Origin: Desulfuromonadales bacterium
GTDB lineage: Bacteria; Desulfobacterota; Desulfuromonadia; Desulfuromonadales; SZUA-540
Assembly: GCA_033549025.1 (NCBI GenBank)
Contig: JAWSUS010000004.1
Coordinates: 114,847-178,846, forward strand
Length of the DNA stretch: 64,000 bases
Direction of reading: 5' to 3'
The translations under genes and the position numbers were made by a program. Shown one piece after another: positions 48,011 through 58,983 of this stretch; position 1 is the stretch's first letter, and the number at the start of each line of letters is the position of its first letter. A model generated the notes under the pieces. It saw nothing but the letters and a program-made list of their open reading frames with translations, had not been told where the DNA came from and did not search any database.

Positions 48011-48967
48011 ATGAAAATCGCAGTGCTCGATGGCTATACCCTGAACCCCGGTGATTTGAGCTGGGGCGCTCTGCAGTCCCTGGGCGAGTGCGTCATTTAC
48101 GAGCGCACTCCGGCGGCGCAGGTGGTGGAGCGCTGTCAGGGCGCCGGGGCCGTGCTCACCAATAAAGTGGTCTTCTCCGCCGAGGTCCTTGATCGGTTGC
48201 CCGAGCTGCGCTATATCGGCGTCACGGCCACCGGCTACAACGTGGTGGCGCTGGAGGAGGTGCGTCGTCGGGGCATCACCGTGACCAATGTGCCCGGTTA
48301 CAGCACGGCCTCGGTGGCGCAGATGGTCTTCGCCCTGGTGCTGGAGCTGACCCAGCAGGTCGGCCACCATGACCGCCTGGTTCGGCAGGGGCGCTGGTCG
48401 GCCAGTCCGGACTTCTGTTTCTGGGATCGGGGCCTGACCGAACTCGACGGCCGGATCATGGGGGTGGTGGGTTATGGGCAGATCGGCCGGGCGGTGAGCC
48501 GCATTGCCGCCGCCTTCGGCATGAAGGTGCTGGTTCATACCGCGCATCCGGAGAAGTATGGCGAGAGCGAAGACGTGACCTTTGTGGCGCTCGATGCGCT
48601 CTTTGCCCGCGCCGACGTCATCAGCCTGCACTGTCCCCTCACTCCGCAGACCGAACGACTGGTGGATGAAGAGCGGTTGGCCGCCATGAAGAAAACGGCC
48701 CTGCTCATCAACACGGGGCGTGGTCCTCTGGTCGACGAGGACGCTCTGGCCGCTGCCCTGAACCGCGGCGATATCGCCGGCGCCGGCCTTGATGTTCTCA
48801 GTAGCGAGCCGCCGGCAACGGACAACCCTCTGCTCACCGCAAGGAACTGTTTCATCACCCCGCATATCGCCTGGGCCACCCGCGAGTCCCGCCAGCGCCT
48901 CATGGATATCACCGTCGGCAATCTGGCCGCCTTCCTGCGTGGAGAAGCGGTCAACATCGTGAGTTGA
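48011..48967 (+). CDS. D-2-hydroxyacid dehydrogenase (glycerate dehydrogenase/HprA-like)
   Basis: LDGYTLNPGD, GYGQIG, LHCPLT, NTGRG, TPHIAW. Confidence 0.92.
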   Translation: MKIAVLDGYTLNPGDLSWGALQSLGECVIYERTPAAQVVERCQGAGAVLTNKVVFSAEVLDRLPELRYIGVTATGYNVVALEEVRRRGITVTNVPGYSTASVAQMVFALVLELTQQVGHHDRLVRQGRWSASPDFCFWDRGLTELDGRIMGVVGYGQIGRAVSRIAAAFGMKVLVHTAHPEKYGESEDVTFVALDALFARADVISLHCPLTPQTERLVDEERLAAMKKTALLINTGRGPLVDEDALAAALNRGDIAGAGLDVLSSEPPATDNPLLTARNCFITPHIAWATRESRQRLMDITVGNLAAFLRGEAVNIVS

Positions 48968-48987
48968 CAACCTTTCCCCGCTTCATC

Positions 48988-49016
48988 TTGACACCCGCCA
49001 GGGCCAATGGTATAAG
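48988..49016 (+). promoter_or_regulatory. Sigma70 promoter
   Basis: TTGACA-17 nt-TATAAG. Confidence 0.65.
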
Positions 49017-49040
49017 AGGCCCTCGCTCAACAGGACAACC

Positions 49041-49073
49041 AGCCGCAGGGAATTTTCCCTGTGGCTTTTTTTT
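49041..49073 (+). terminator. Intrinsic terminator hairpin
   Basis: agccgcaggg/ccctgtggct stem plus T tract. Confidence 0.75.
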
Positions 49074-49089
49074 GAAAGAAGGAACGTTT

Positions 49090-49536
49090 ATGAGTCAGAA
49101 GAAAATCTCCGCCGGCGACCTTGTCGACTCCCAGTGCACCAAGTGCCGCATGGTCACCAACCATACCGTCGTCGCCATGGTGGGCGACAAGGTGGTGCGG
49201 GTTCAATGCAATACCTGCGGCGGCATGCACAATTACCGGGAGGCGGCGCCGAAGAAGACCGCCAAGCCGCGGACCACGACCACCAAGGCCGACGCCGTGC
49301 CGCGCCAGCCCCGGCAGCGGGCCGCCACCGCCGACCTGATCTTCTGGGAGGAACGCTGCGGCGAGGACGCCACGGGTTCCGCCAAAACCTATGCCATGGA
49401 CGGCGCCTATCGCGCCGACGACCTGGTGAGCCATCCTGTTTTCGGTATCGGTATCGTCACCGCCGTCACCCCGCCCAACAAGGTAGAAATTCTCTTCCGC
49501 GACGGCCGCAAGCTGCTGCGCGGCCTGCCTCGCTGA
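49090..49536 (+). CDS. Zinc-ribbon plus Tudor-like hypothetical protein
   Basis: CTKC...CNTC, K/T/R-rich linker, HPVFGIGIV. Confidence 0.8.
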   Translation: MSQKKISAGDLVDSQCTKCRMVTNHTVVAMVGDKVVRVQCNTCGGMHNYREAAPKKTAKPRTTTTKADAVPRQPRQRAATADLIFWEERCGEDATGSAKTYAMDGAYRADDLVSHPVFGIGIVTAVTPPNKVEILFRDGRKLLRGLPR

Positions 49537-49622
49537 TTCAATCTCTCGATTAATGGCCAGGCCCCACTTTTTCCGCGGGCCTGGCTCCTTTATCTCTGCC
49601 GCCTGCCCTCGAAAAATCCTTC

Positions 49623-49730
49623 ACCACCAAGACACAAAGACACCAAGGAAACCCCTAAATTCAAACGGGACTCAGATGCGGACTGTTATCCTTAAGCCAG
49701 CCCTACTTGGTGCCTTGGTGACTTGGTGGT
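49623..49730. repeat. Palindromic element of 8-bp CACCAAGN units
   Basis: accaccaagacacaaagacaccaag (49623-49647) is a 22/25 inverted repeat of cttggtgccttggtgacttggtggt (49706-49730). Confidence 0.75.
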
Positions 49731-49778
49731 AGATTATCTTTTACCGGTGATGTTAGCTCGATGATGACGGGGGAAGGG

Positions 49779-50477
49779 ATGGACTTTGCACATCTGCACG
49801 ATTGGTCGGTGACCTACACCGAGGCGGTCGCCCTCCAGCGGCGGCTGGCAGACCAGGTGCGTCTGGAGGATGGCCTGCCTTCTTCGCTGCGATGGGTGGC
49901 GGGGGTGGACGTCTCCTACGAAAAGCACGGGGATTTGTTCTTTGCGGCGGTCGTGGTGCTGAGCTATCCCGATCTGCAGGTGGTGGAGGAGGCCAGTGCT
50001 GTGGACCGGGTCAGCTTCCCCTATATCCCCGGACTGCTCTCTTTTCGCGAATTACCGGTGTTGCTGCAAGCCTTCGAGGGTTTGCAGACGCGACCGGACG
50101 TCGTTCTGGTGGACGGACAGGGCATCGCCCATCCCCGCCGTCTCGGTCTGGCCAGCCATCTCGGCCTCTGGTTGAAGTTGCCGACCATCGGCTGTGCCAA
50201 GAGCCGGCTATGCGGTGCGCACGGGGAGCCGGGTTTGCAGAAAGGGGAGGGGGCGGTGCTGGAACTGAACGGCGACCCCGTGGGGGTGGTGCTGCGGACG
50301 CGAGAGCGGGTGCGCCCCCTTTATGTGTCGCCGGGACACCTGTGTACGGTCGCCCGGGCCGCGCAGGTGACCCTGGCCTGCACGACGCGTTACCGCATGC
50401 CGGAACCGACCCGGCAGGCCCATCTGTTTACCAATCGGCTGCGGCTGCAGGCCCGGGAAGGGGCCGCTAAAGCCTGA
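49779..50477 (+). CDS. nfi: Endonuclease V
   Basis: GVDVSY, FPYIPGLLSFRE, DGQG.AHPRR.GLASH, GCAKS, YVSPGH, PEPTR.AH. Confidence 0.94.
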   Translation: MDFAHLHDWSVTYTEAVALQRRLADQVRLEDGLPSSLRWVAGVDVSYEKHGDLFFAAVVVLSYPDLQVVEEASAVDRVSFPYIPGLLSFRELPVLLQAFEGLQTRPDVVLVDGQGIAHPRRLGLASHLGLWLKLPTIGCAKSRLCGAHGEPGLQKGEGAVLELNGDPVGVVLRTRERVRPLYVSPGHLCTVARAAQVTLACTTRYRMPEPTRQAHLFTNRLRLQAREGAAKA

Positions 50478-50484
50478 GGCCGGC

Positions 50485-51357
50485 CTATTTCTGCAGCAGG
50501 CGACGCAAGGCAGCGGCCTTTTCGGCGCTCAGCCGCCCGGAGTCTTCGGCCAGGTCTACCGTCTTTTCTCCCATGAGGCAATACAGGCGCCTCACCTCTT
50601 CCGGCAGCCCTTCCAGCGCCGCCAGATGTTTTTCGACGGTGAGGATGTCCCCACGCACGATGGGCCCGGTGAGTGCCGACTGCGGTCCCAGAGTGGAGAG
50701 GTTTTTCACGGTGCCGTTGAGCAGGGGAGCAAAGAGGCGGCCGGCGTCTTTCGCGTCGATGCCGCAGTACGACAGCATCTCTCCGGCAGTTGCCACCAGC
50801 GTGACCAGAAAATTGGAGGCTGTGCAGGCGGCGGCGTGGTAGAGGGGTTTCTGCTCGCGGGTGAGGATGAACGGCTGGCCGCCCACATCATCCACCAACT
50901 CTTTGGCCAGGGGGATGAGGGAGGCGTCGCCTTCAATGGCGAAGAGGCTGCCGGGCAGATTGCGCATGCCGATGACCGCGTCGGCAAAACTCTGCATGGG
51001 GTGGATGGCCAGTCCCAGCACTGGCGTTCCCTCCTTACCCAGCAGGATGCTGCTGTCGTGAATACCGCTGAAGTGAACAAGGATGGTACCGGGCCGAACC
51101 AGACCTTCCTGGCGCAGGCGGGTCGCCATGGGGGCGATGGCGTCGTCCGGCAGGGCCAGAAAGACCATCTCCGCGTCCTTGACCTTCGTCAGGTCTGTCG
51201 TCGCTGCCTGGGGATTGCCGATAAAGCGGGCGGCCGCCCGGGCCCTGGCGAGGTCGCGGCTGACCACGGCGACGAACTCATGGCCGGCGTCAGCCAGCAG
51301 GCGGCAGACCGCCTGCCCCAGCCGTCCCGGTCCGACGAGGGCGATGCGGGAGCTCAC
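50485..51357 (-). CDS. Rossmann-like + DUF2520 protein (PanG-like ketopantoate reductase candidate)
   Basis: GPGRLG, PDD, H.SG, HP.QSF, YHAA, LTGP..RGD. Confidence 0.85.
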   Translation of the reverse strand: MSSRIALVGPGRLGQAVCRLLADAGHEFVAVVSRDLARARAAARFIGNPQAATTDLTKVKDAEMVFLALPDDAIAPMATRLRQEGLVRPGTILVHFSGIHDSSILLGKEGTPVLGLAIHPMQSFADAVIGMRNLPGSLFAIEGDASLIPLAKELVDDVGGQPFILTREQKPLYHAAACTASNFLVTLVATAGEMLSYCGIDAKDAGRLFAPLLNGTVKNLSTLGPQSALTGPIVRGDILTVEKHLAALEGLPEEVRRLYCLMGEKTVDLAEDSGRLSAEKAAALRRLLQK

Positions 51358-52010
51358 TTCACCCCCACTTCAAGGCAGCCGACCTTGTCGATTTCGGCCC
51401 GCAGACGACTGCCCCTCCCTACCGGACCGACCCCTGCCGGGGTGCCGGTCAGGATGATATCCCCTTCCTCCAGGGTGAAGATAGCCGAGATCGCCTGGAT
51501 GATGGCCGGCAGGCGCCGCATCATCAAAGCGGTAGAGGCATCCTGGCGCACCTGGCCATCGACAGAGAGCCGGATGCCCAGATCGTGCGGGTCCTCCACC
51601 TCGCTGGCGGCGACGAAATCCGACAGCGGACAGGCGGTGTCGAAACCTTTGGCGATCTCCCAGGGGAGCCCCTTGGCTTTAAGCTCCGACTGCACATCCC
51701 GCAGGGTCATGTCGATGGCGATACCGTAGCCGGCCACATGGCTCATGGCATCTCTTTCGGCGACGTTTTTGGCGTACTTGCCGATGAGCACCGCCAGTTC
51801 CACCTCATAGTGGCAGTCGTTGCTGTACGCAGGGATGACCACATTCTCGCCGTCGCGGATGATGCTGGTGGCCGGCTTGATGAAAAGGACTGGCTTGTCG
51901 GGAACCTCGTTCCCCAGTTCCTTGATGTGGTCGGCGTAGTTGCGGGCCAGACAGACGATTTTCCCGACCCGGAAAACCTTCTGGCTGCTAAGAATATGAA
52001 CGGTCTGCAT
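51354..52010 (-). CDS. Fumarylacetoacetate hydrolase family protein
   Basis: RNYADH, HYEVEL, DMTLRD, KGFDT, TGTPAGVG. Confidence 0.92.
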   Translation of the reverse strand: MQTVHILSSQKVFRVGKIVCLARNYADHIKELGNEVPDKPVLFIKPATSIIRDGENVVIPAYSNDCHYEVELAVLIGKYAKNVAERDAMSHVAGYGIAIDMTLRDVQSELKAKGLPWEIAKGFDTACPLSDFVAASEVEDPHDLGIRLSVDGQVRQDASTALMMRRLPAIIQAISAIFTLEEGDIILTGTPAGVGPVGRGSRLRAEIDKVGCLEVGVK

Positions 52011-52096
52011 GATGCGCTCCTCAAAGATGGTCTAGGGATTTCTGTACAAGTAAACCGCAGGAAAGAACAAAGGCAAGGCCCGTTTCATCATAGACT

Positions 52097-52702
52097 TCAA
52101 GCGCGCGCCTTGGGAAGAGCCCAGTTGTGGCGGATGGCCAGCAGGCGCACGATGATAACCGTCAGGGCGGCCAGGACCACTGATAGACCGTGGGGCAAGG
52201 GGAGGTGATGCAGCAGGTAGAGCAGGGCGCCCCCGGCCAGGCAGGCGGAAGCGTAGACTTCCTTGCGCAGGATGAGGGGCACCTGGTTGGAGAGGACGTC
52301 GCGCACCACGCCGCCGGCGGTGGCGGTCATCACCCCCATCATGACGGCGCCGATAAAGCCGGTGTTGAAGGCCAGCGCCTTGCTGGTGCCGATGACCACG
52401 AAGGTGCCGAGGCCGATGGCGTCGAAGTAGAGCAGGGGATGCTGCAGGCGGTGCAGGCGGTGGTGGAAGAAAAAGACGGCCAGGGAAACGGCAATGGAGA
52501 GATAGAGGTAGGTCTCATCCTTCAGGCTGAAGGGCGGCAGGTCGCCCAGCAGGATGTCGCGCAGGGTGCCGCCGCCGGTGGCGGTGACCAGGCCCAGCAC
52601 CAGCACGCCGAGCAGGTCCATTTTGCGTCGAACGCCGGCCCAGGCGCCGGAGGCGGCAAAGGCGGCGGTGCCGATAAGATCGAGGGCATAGAGCAGGGAC
52701 AT
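52097..52702 (-). CDS. TRIC/UPF0126 (YadS-like) membrane protein
   Basis: GT.AFA.SG, GGGT.RD, DA.GL, GG..RD. Confidence 0.9.
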   Translation of the reverse strand: MSLLYALDLIGTAAFAASGAWAGVRRKMDLLGVLVLGLVTATGGGTLRDILLGDLPPFSLKDETYLYLSIAVSLAVFFFHHRLHRLQHPLLYFDAIGLGTFVVIGTSKALAFNTGFIGAVMMGVMTATAGGVVRDVLSNQVPLILRKEVYASACLAGGALLYLLHHLPLPHGLSVVLAALTVIIVRLLAIRHNWALPKARA

Positions 52703-52849
52703 GGTGGGCTACCTCCAGGCTGGGCAGAATACTCTTTTCAGGGGGGGAAAGCAAGAGATGTCAGTCGGCGCAATCTGTGTTAAACTGCCCTCCGGACCGC
52801 GTCGCCGCTGAGCTTTTCGAGAGGGACGCTTCGCTGAGAAAGGTTTGCC

Positions 52850-54028
52850 ATGTTTCTTCCCATTGGCGATACGCCCAATCCTCGCACCACCCCCATCATG
52901 ACCTACCTGCTTATCGGGCTCAACGTGGCGATCTTTCTCCTGGTCTCCCTGCCGCTCACCGCCCGCAGCCCCGAACTGACCGACCCCATGCTGCTCGAAT
53001 ACCTGCGCTCTCTTGGTGTGCGCGGCGGCATCTCCGCCCAGCAGGTTCTGGCGCACCTGAGCGCCTACGATGTCTTTGTCTACCAGTACGGCTACCGCCC
53101 TGGCGATCCCTCCCTGCTTACCCTCTTTACCGCCATGTTCCTGCATGGGGGCTGGATGCACCTGGCCGGCAACATGCTCTTTCTGTGGATTTTCGGCGAC
53201 AACGTCGAGCACCGCCTCGGCCATCTCGGCTTTCTGATCGCCTATCTGGTCACCGGCGTGGCCGCCACCCTTTTCTTCGCCCTCTTTGTGCCCCATTCCC
53301 AGGTGCCTCTGGTGGGGGCCTCCGGCGCCATCTCCGGTGTGCTCGGTCTCTACTTCCTGTGGTTCCCCCGCAACCAGGTCAAGGTCTTCATTTTTCTCTT
53401 CCCCTTCATCATGAACACCTTCCTTATCCCCGCCCGCCTGGTGCTCGGTTTCTATCTCATGGTCGACAACCTGCTCCCCTTCCTGCTGTCCCGCGGCGGC
53501 GAGGGCGGCGTGGCCCACGGCGCCCACATCGGCGGCTTCATCGCCGGAGTGGCCATCGCCTGGGGCATCGATCGGTTGCCTCTCTGGCGGTCCGCCTCTT
53601 CGGTAAAGTCGGCGTCGTCCCCCCGGGATAACGCCGAGCGCTCGGCCCTGCCGGAGCAGATCGCCGGCCACCTGCGCGAAGGCAACCCGGCCTGGGCGGC
53701 GGCCAAATACTTCTCCCTTGCCAGCCGCGCCGACCGCCTGCGGGTGCCGACACCGGTGGTACTCGAACTGGGCGAATATCTTCTCGGCAGCGGCGCCTAC
53801 CCCCAGGCCCTTTCCCTCTTTCGGCGCGTCATCGGCGAGCGTCCCACCGATCCGCAGATCGCCCGGGCCTATCTGGGGGCCGGCCGGGCTCAGCTGCATA
53901 TCCCCCGGGCCGTCACCAGCGCCTACCATTACTTTCTCTCGGCCCTCGATACCGCCCACAACGACGAGGTCGCTGCCGAAGCCCGTCTGCACCTGCGTGC
54001 CATCGAGCGCCTGGGCGAAAAAGACTAA
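52850..54028 (+). CDS. Rhomboid intramembrane serine protease with C-terminal TPR-like region
   Basis: MFLHGG..HL.GNM, GASG, AH.GG. Confidence 0.9.
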   Translation: MFLPIGDTPNPRTTPIMTYLLIGLNVAIFLLVSLPLTARSPELTDPMLLEYLRSLGVRGGISAQQVLAHLSAYDVFVYQYGYRPGDPSLLTLFTAMFLHGGWMHLAGNMLFLWIFGDNVEHRLGHLGFLIAYLVTGVAATLFFALFVPHSQVPLVGASGAISGVLGLYFLWFPRNQVKVFIFLFPFIMNTFLIPARLVLGFYLMVDNLLPFLLSRGGEGGVAHGAHIGGFIAGVAIAWGIDRLPLWRSASSVKSASSPRDNAERSALPEQIAGHLREGNPAWAAAKYFSLASRADRLRVPTPVVLELGEYLLGSGAYPQALSLFRRVIGERPTDPQIARAYLGAGRAQLHIPRAVTSAYHYFLSALDTAHNDEVAAEARLHLRAIERLGEKD

Positions 54029-54195
54029 TAAAAACCGATTTCCCCACGGATTCAAGCCCTTACAAATGTGGTCATTTGACATGAAAGGCTGTTTATGTTA
54101 AAAACGTTCGCGTACGAAATATTCGACTTGAAAATAAATGGCGGGCTTTTCAGCTACCCGCCCTGGCATTCACTATCACCAAAGGAGTTTTCCCC

Positions 54196-55504
<1,309 letters not shown>

Positions 55505-55512
<8 letters not shown>

Positions 55513-56344
55513 TACCATAGAGCAGTTTGGACAATCGACCATCCAGCACGGCCCCCACAGCAACCGGGCCTACCTGATGAGCCTGGCGGCCGACGACCTG
55601 CCCCGGCTGGTTCCCTATCTCGATCAGCTGGCTCAGGAGCAGGCCTACACCAAAGTCTTCGCCAAGGTGCCGGAGGCGGCTCTGGAGCCTTTCCGGCAGA
55701 GCGGCTACGAAGCCGAGGCCGAAATCCCCGAATTCTATCGGGGGGAAGAACACGTCTATTTCATGGGCAAGTATTTCTGCCCCGAGCGCCAGCAGGAGCG
55801 CAAGCCCGATCTGGTGGAGAGCGCTCTGCAGGCCGCCCAATCCCGACAAGGGAGCCAGGCCGACCTCGCGCTGCCGGCGTCCATGACCTGCCGTCTGACC
55901 GAACCCGCCGATGCAGAGGCCATGGCCGACGTCTACCGGCAGGTCTTCGCCACCTATCCCTTTCCCATCCACGATCCCGGTTATCTGCGCGAGACCATGG
56001 AGAGCCATGTCGATTACCTGGGCATCTGGGATAATGACCAGCTCGTTGCCCTGGCTTCGGCCGAAAAGGACGTGCGCGGCCGCAACGCCGAGATGACCGA
56101 CTTCGCCACCCTCCCCGACTACCGGGGGCAGGGGCTGGCCGGCCATCTGCTCGACCGCCTTGAAGAAGTCGCCGGTGAGCGCGGCATCCAGACCGCCTAC
56201 ACCATCGCCCGGGCCTACAGCTACGGCATGAACATCACCTTCGCCCGCGGCGGCTACACCTACAGCGGCACCCTCACCCACAACACGCAGATCTCCGGCG
56301 AACTCGAAAGCATGAACGTGTGGTACAAGCCGCTGGCCAGCTGA
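55505..56344 (+). CDS. ablB: Beta-lysine N-acetyltransferase
   Basis: QHGP...[37 protein letters not shown]. Confidence 0.88.
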
Positions 56345-56436
56345 AGCGCCGGCGCAAAGCCTTTGCCATTTTCGGCCAGTGCGGGTAAAGTCGGGGGAGT
56401 TTCTCCCCCGCAACCCCAGCAGGCAGGACATCAGGC

Positions 56437-57327
56437 ATGTACTACTATTTCGATTACCAGGAGCCGGTCTTCCGGCCCCCCTCCGAAGCCCAGTCCCTCA
56501 TCTTTCAGATCACCGTCGGTTGCAGCCAGAATCAGTGCCGCTTCTGCGGCATGTACAAGATGAAGTCCTTCCACGTCCGCTCGGTGGACGAAATCGCTGC
56601 CGAGATCGCGGCGGTGCCGGCCCATCATCGCCCCCACATCCGGCGGGTCTTCCTGGCCGACGGCGACGCCCTCGTCTACCCCCAGGCCGGTCTGCTCGAC
56701 CTCCTCGACCGCCTCGCCGAAGCCTTTCCCAACCTCACCCGCGTCGGCGCCTACGCCTCGCCCAACAGCCTCACCACCAAAAGCCTGGCCGATCTCGAAG
56801 CCCTGCGCGAAAAGAAGCTGCGCATCCTCTATTTCGGGCTTGAAAGCGGCGACGACGACACCCTCAAGCTGGTCAACAAAGGCTTTAACGCCGCCGACAT
56901 GCTGCAGCTCTGCCGCAAAGCCCAGGCCGCCGAGATGAAGCTCTCCGTCACCGCCATCCTCGGTCTGGCCGGCCGTGAGCGCAGCCGCGAACACGCCCGC
57001 GCCACGGCGGCGTGGATCACCGAACTCTCCCCCGAATACTTCTCGCTGCTCACCATGTTCCGCCGGCACAACGACGCCTACTTCCGCCTCATCCGCCCCT
57101 TGAGCAACGGCCAGGTCATCGAAGAAGCCCTCGACATCGTGCGCCACCTCGACCCCCAGCGCACCATCCTGCGCTCCAATCACGTCTCCAATATCCTCAA
57201 CCTCGCCGGCAGCTACCCCAAAGATCGCGACCGCATCATCGCCCAAGCCGAAATGGCCCTCGCCGAAGCCAAGAAGCACCCGCAATGGTTCAACCTGGTG
57301 CCCGAGTATGAGGAAGAGTTTTTTTAG
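56437..57327 (+). CDS. Radical SAM protein of unknown function
   Basis: RPPSEA, GCSQNQCRFC, FLADGD, GLESG, SNH.SN. Confidence 0.88.
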   Translation: MYYYFDYQEPVFRPPSEAQSLIFQITVGCSQNQCRFCGMYKMKSFHVRSVDEIAAEIAAVPAHHRPHIRRVFLADGDALVYPQAGLLDLLDRLAEAFPNLTRVGAYASPNSLTTKSLADLEALREKKLRILYFGLESGDDDTLKLVNKGFNAADMLQLCRKAQAAEMKLSVTAILGLAGRERSREHARATAAWITELSPEYFSLLTMFRRHNDAYFRLIRPLSNGQVIEEALDIVRHLDPQRTILRSNHVSNILNLAGSYPKDRDRIIAQAEMALAEAKKHPQWFNLVPEYEEEFF

Positions 57328-57341
57328 GAGGAAGGCCCCTG

Positions 57342-58259
57342 ATGAAACCCACTGAAACGAACGTACTGATTTATCAGGCTGATGACGGGAAAACCCGCCT
57401 TGACGTACAACTGGATAACGAGACTGTCTGGCTGACTCAGGACCAGATGGCCGAACTTTTTGATCGAGATCGCTCGGTAATCACCAGACATCTTCGAAAT
57501 GTTTTCAGAGAAGGCGAATTAGTCGAGTCAGCAGTTCGTGCAAAATATGCACGAACTGCTGCTGACGGAAAAACCTATCAAACTCAGGTTTATAATCTCG
57601 ACGCCATCATTTCGGTTGGATATCGCGTAAATTCCAAACGCGGCACCCAGTTTCGCCAGTGGGCCACGCGGGTGTTGCGTGATCATCTAGTCAAAGGCTA
57701 TACCGTACATGAACAACGGTTGCGGGAAGAATCGGCCAAGTTCAAAGAATTGCGCCAGACGGTCGATCTTCTGGCCCGCACCCTGACCTCGCAGGAGCTG
57801 GTGACGGATACCGGCAAAGAGGTACTTCAGGTCATCACCGACTATGCCTACGGGTTGGCCCTGCTTGACCGCTACGATCACGGCCAGTTGACCATCGAGG
57901 GAACCACCCGCAAGACCGGCCACCAGCTCGACTACGACGAAGCCATCGGCATCGTCACCTCCATGAAGGGAACCTTCGACGGCAAAGAACTCTATCCCAG
58001 TGTTGAAGAGAAAGCCGCCAACCTGATTTATTTCGTGGTCAAGAACCACGCCTTCTCCGATGGAAACAAACGCATCGCCGCCGCGCTGTTCGTCTATTTT
58101 TTGGCGCTCAATCAGATCCTCTACCGCCCCGACGGATCCAAACGTCTTGCCGACAACGCCCTGGTGGCGCTCACCCTGCTCATTGCCGAAAGCCGCCCCG
58201 AAGAGAAAGAGACCATCGTCAAGGTTATCGTTAATCTGATCAATCAGAGCAATGAGTGA
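57342..58259 (+). CDS. RhuM-like domain fused to Fic/Doc domain
   Basis: TVWLTQ.QMAELF, YNLDAIISVGYRVNS.RGT.FR.WA; HAFSDGNKR. Confidence 0.88.
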   Translation: MKPTETNVLIYQADDGKTRLDVQLDNETVWLTQDQMAELFDRDRSVITRHLRNVFREGELVESAVRAKYARTAADGKTYQTQVYNLDAIISVGYRVNSKRGTQFRQWATRVLRDHLVKGYTVHEQRLREESAKFKELRQTVDLLARTLTSQELVTDTGKEVLQVITDYAYGLALLDRYDHGQLTIEGTTRKTGHQLDYDEAIGIVTSMKGTFDGKELYPSVEEKAANLIYFVVKNHAFSDGNKRIAAALFVYFLALNQILYRPDGSKRLADNALVALTLLIAESRPEEKETIVKVIVNLINQSNE

Positions 58260-58272
58260 TTGTGGATCATCC

Positions 58273-58296
58273 GTAGGGGCGCAATTCATTGCGCCC
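58273..58296 (+). repeat. GTAG-type REP-like palindrome
   Basis: GTAG-gggcgcaat-tc-attgcgccc. Confidence 0.65.
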
Positions 58297-58593
58297 GCTT
58301 GAAAAAAGGTGTGAATATCAGGGATTTCCTGATACACAAATTGTTTTTAATCCTCTATTATTGGGTTGTTGTTTTTGCTGGGCGGCGCTCTAACCGGCTT
58401 TTCTACTGATATGGCTTTTTTTGACTGGATGGTTGGCCTATAACCCCTGCCCTTTTTCTATCTGTTGACCGGAGTCTAACTTTTTTCACTAACGACATCG
58501 ACCCCGAGATGCGGTTGCGCAATGTCTTTGCTTTTCTCTGGCCTGAGTCTTCTCGTTACTTGCTTTAACGGTTTTATTTAAGGGTTAACAATA

Positions 58594-58953
58594 GTGAGCA
58601 ACATGACCATCGATAAGCTTAAATTAATTATTCAAACCTTTTGTGAGGTTCGCGACTGGGACCAATACCATGGCCCCAAAGATCTGGCCATTGGGGTTAT
58701 TACCGAGGCGGCCGAGCTTCTTGAACACTTCCGCTTTCAATCTGATGAGCAGTCGCTGGCTCTGCTAAGAGATCCGCAGGTGAAGGAAGAGATCGAGGAT
58801 GAACTTGCCGACGTCCTCTTTTTCTTGTTGCGGTTTTCGCAACGCTACGATGTCGATCTGACTGCAGCCTTGCTGAGGAAGATCGAGAAAAATGGACGGA
58901 AATATCCGATAGCCATGGCAAAAGGGAAAAACACAAAGTATACGAAGCTGTAG
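58594..58953 (+). CDS. MazG-like nucleotide pyrophosphohydrolase
   Basis: RDW.QYH.PK.LA, E..EL.E, ELADV, K..KN..KYP. Confidence 0.9.
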   Translation: MSNMTIDKLKLIIQTFCEVRDWDQYHGPKDLAIGVITEAAELLEHFRFQSDEQSLALLRDPQVKEEIEDELADVLFFLLRFSQRYDVDLTAALLRKIEKNGRKYPIAMAKGKNTKYTKL

Positions 58954-58983
58954 GTAAGTATCTGAACTTACAGGGGACATCAA

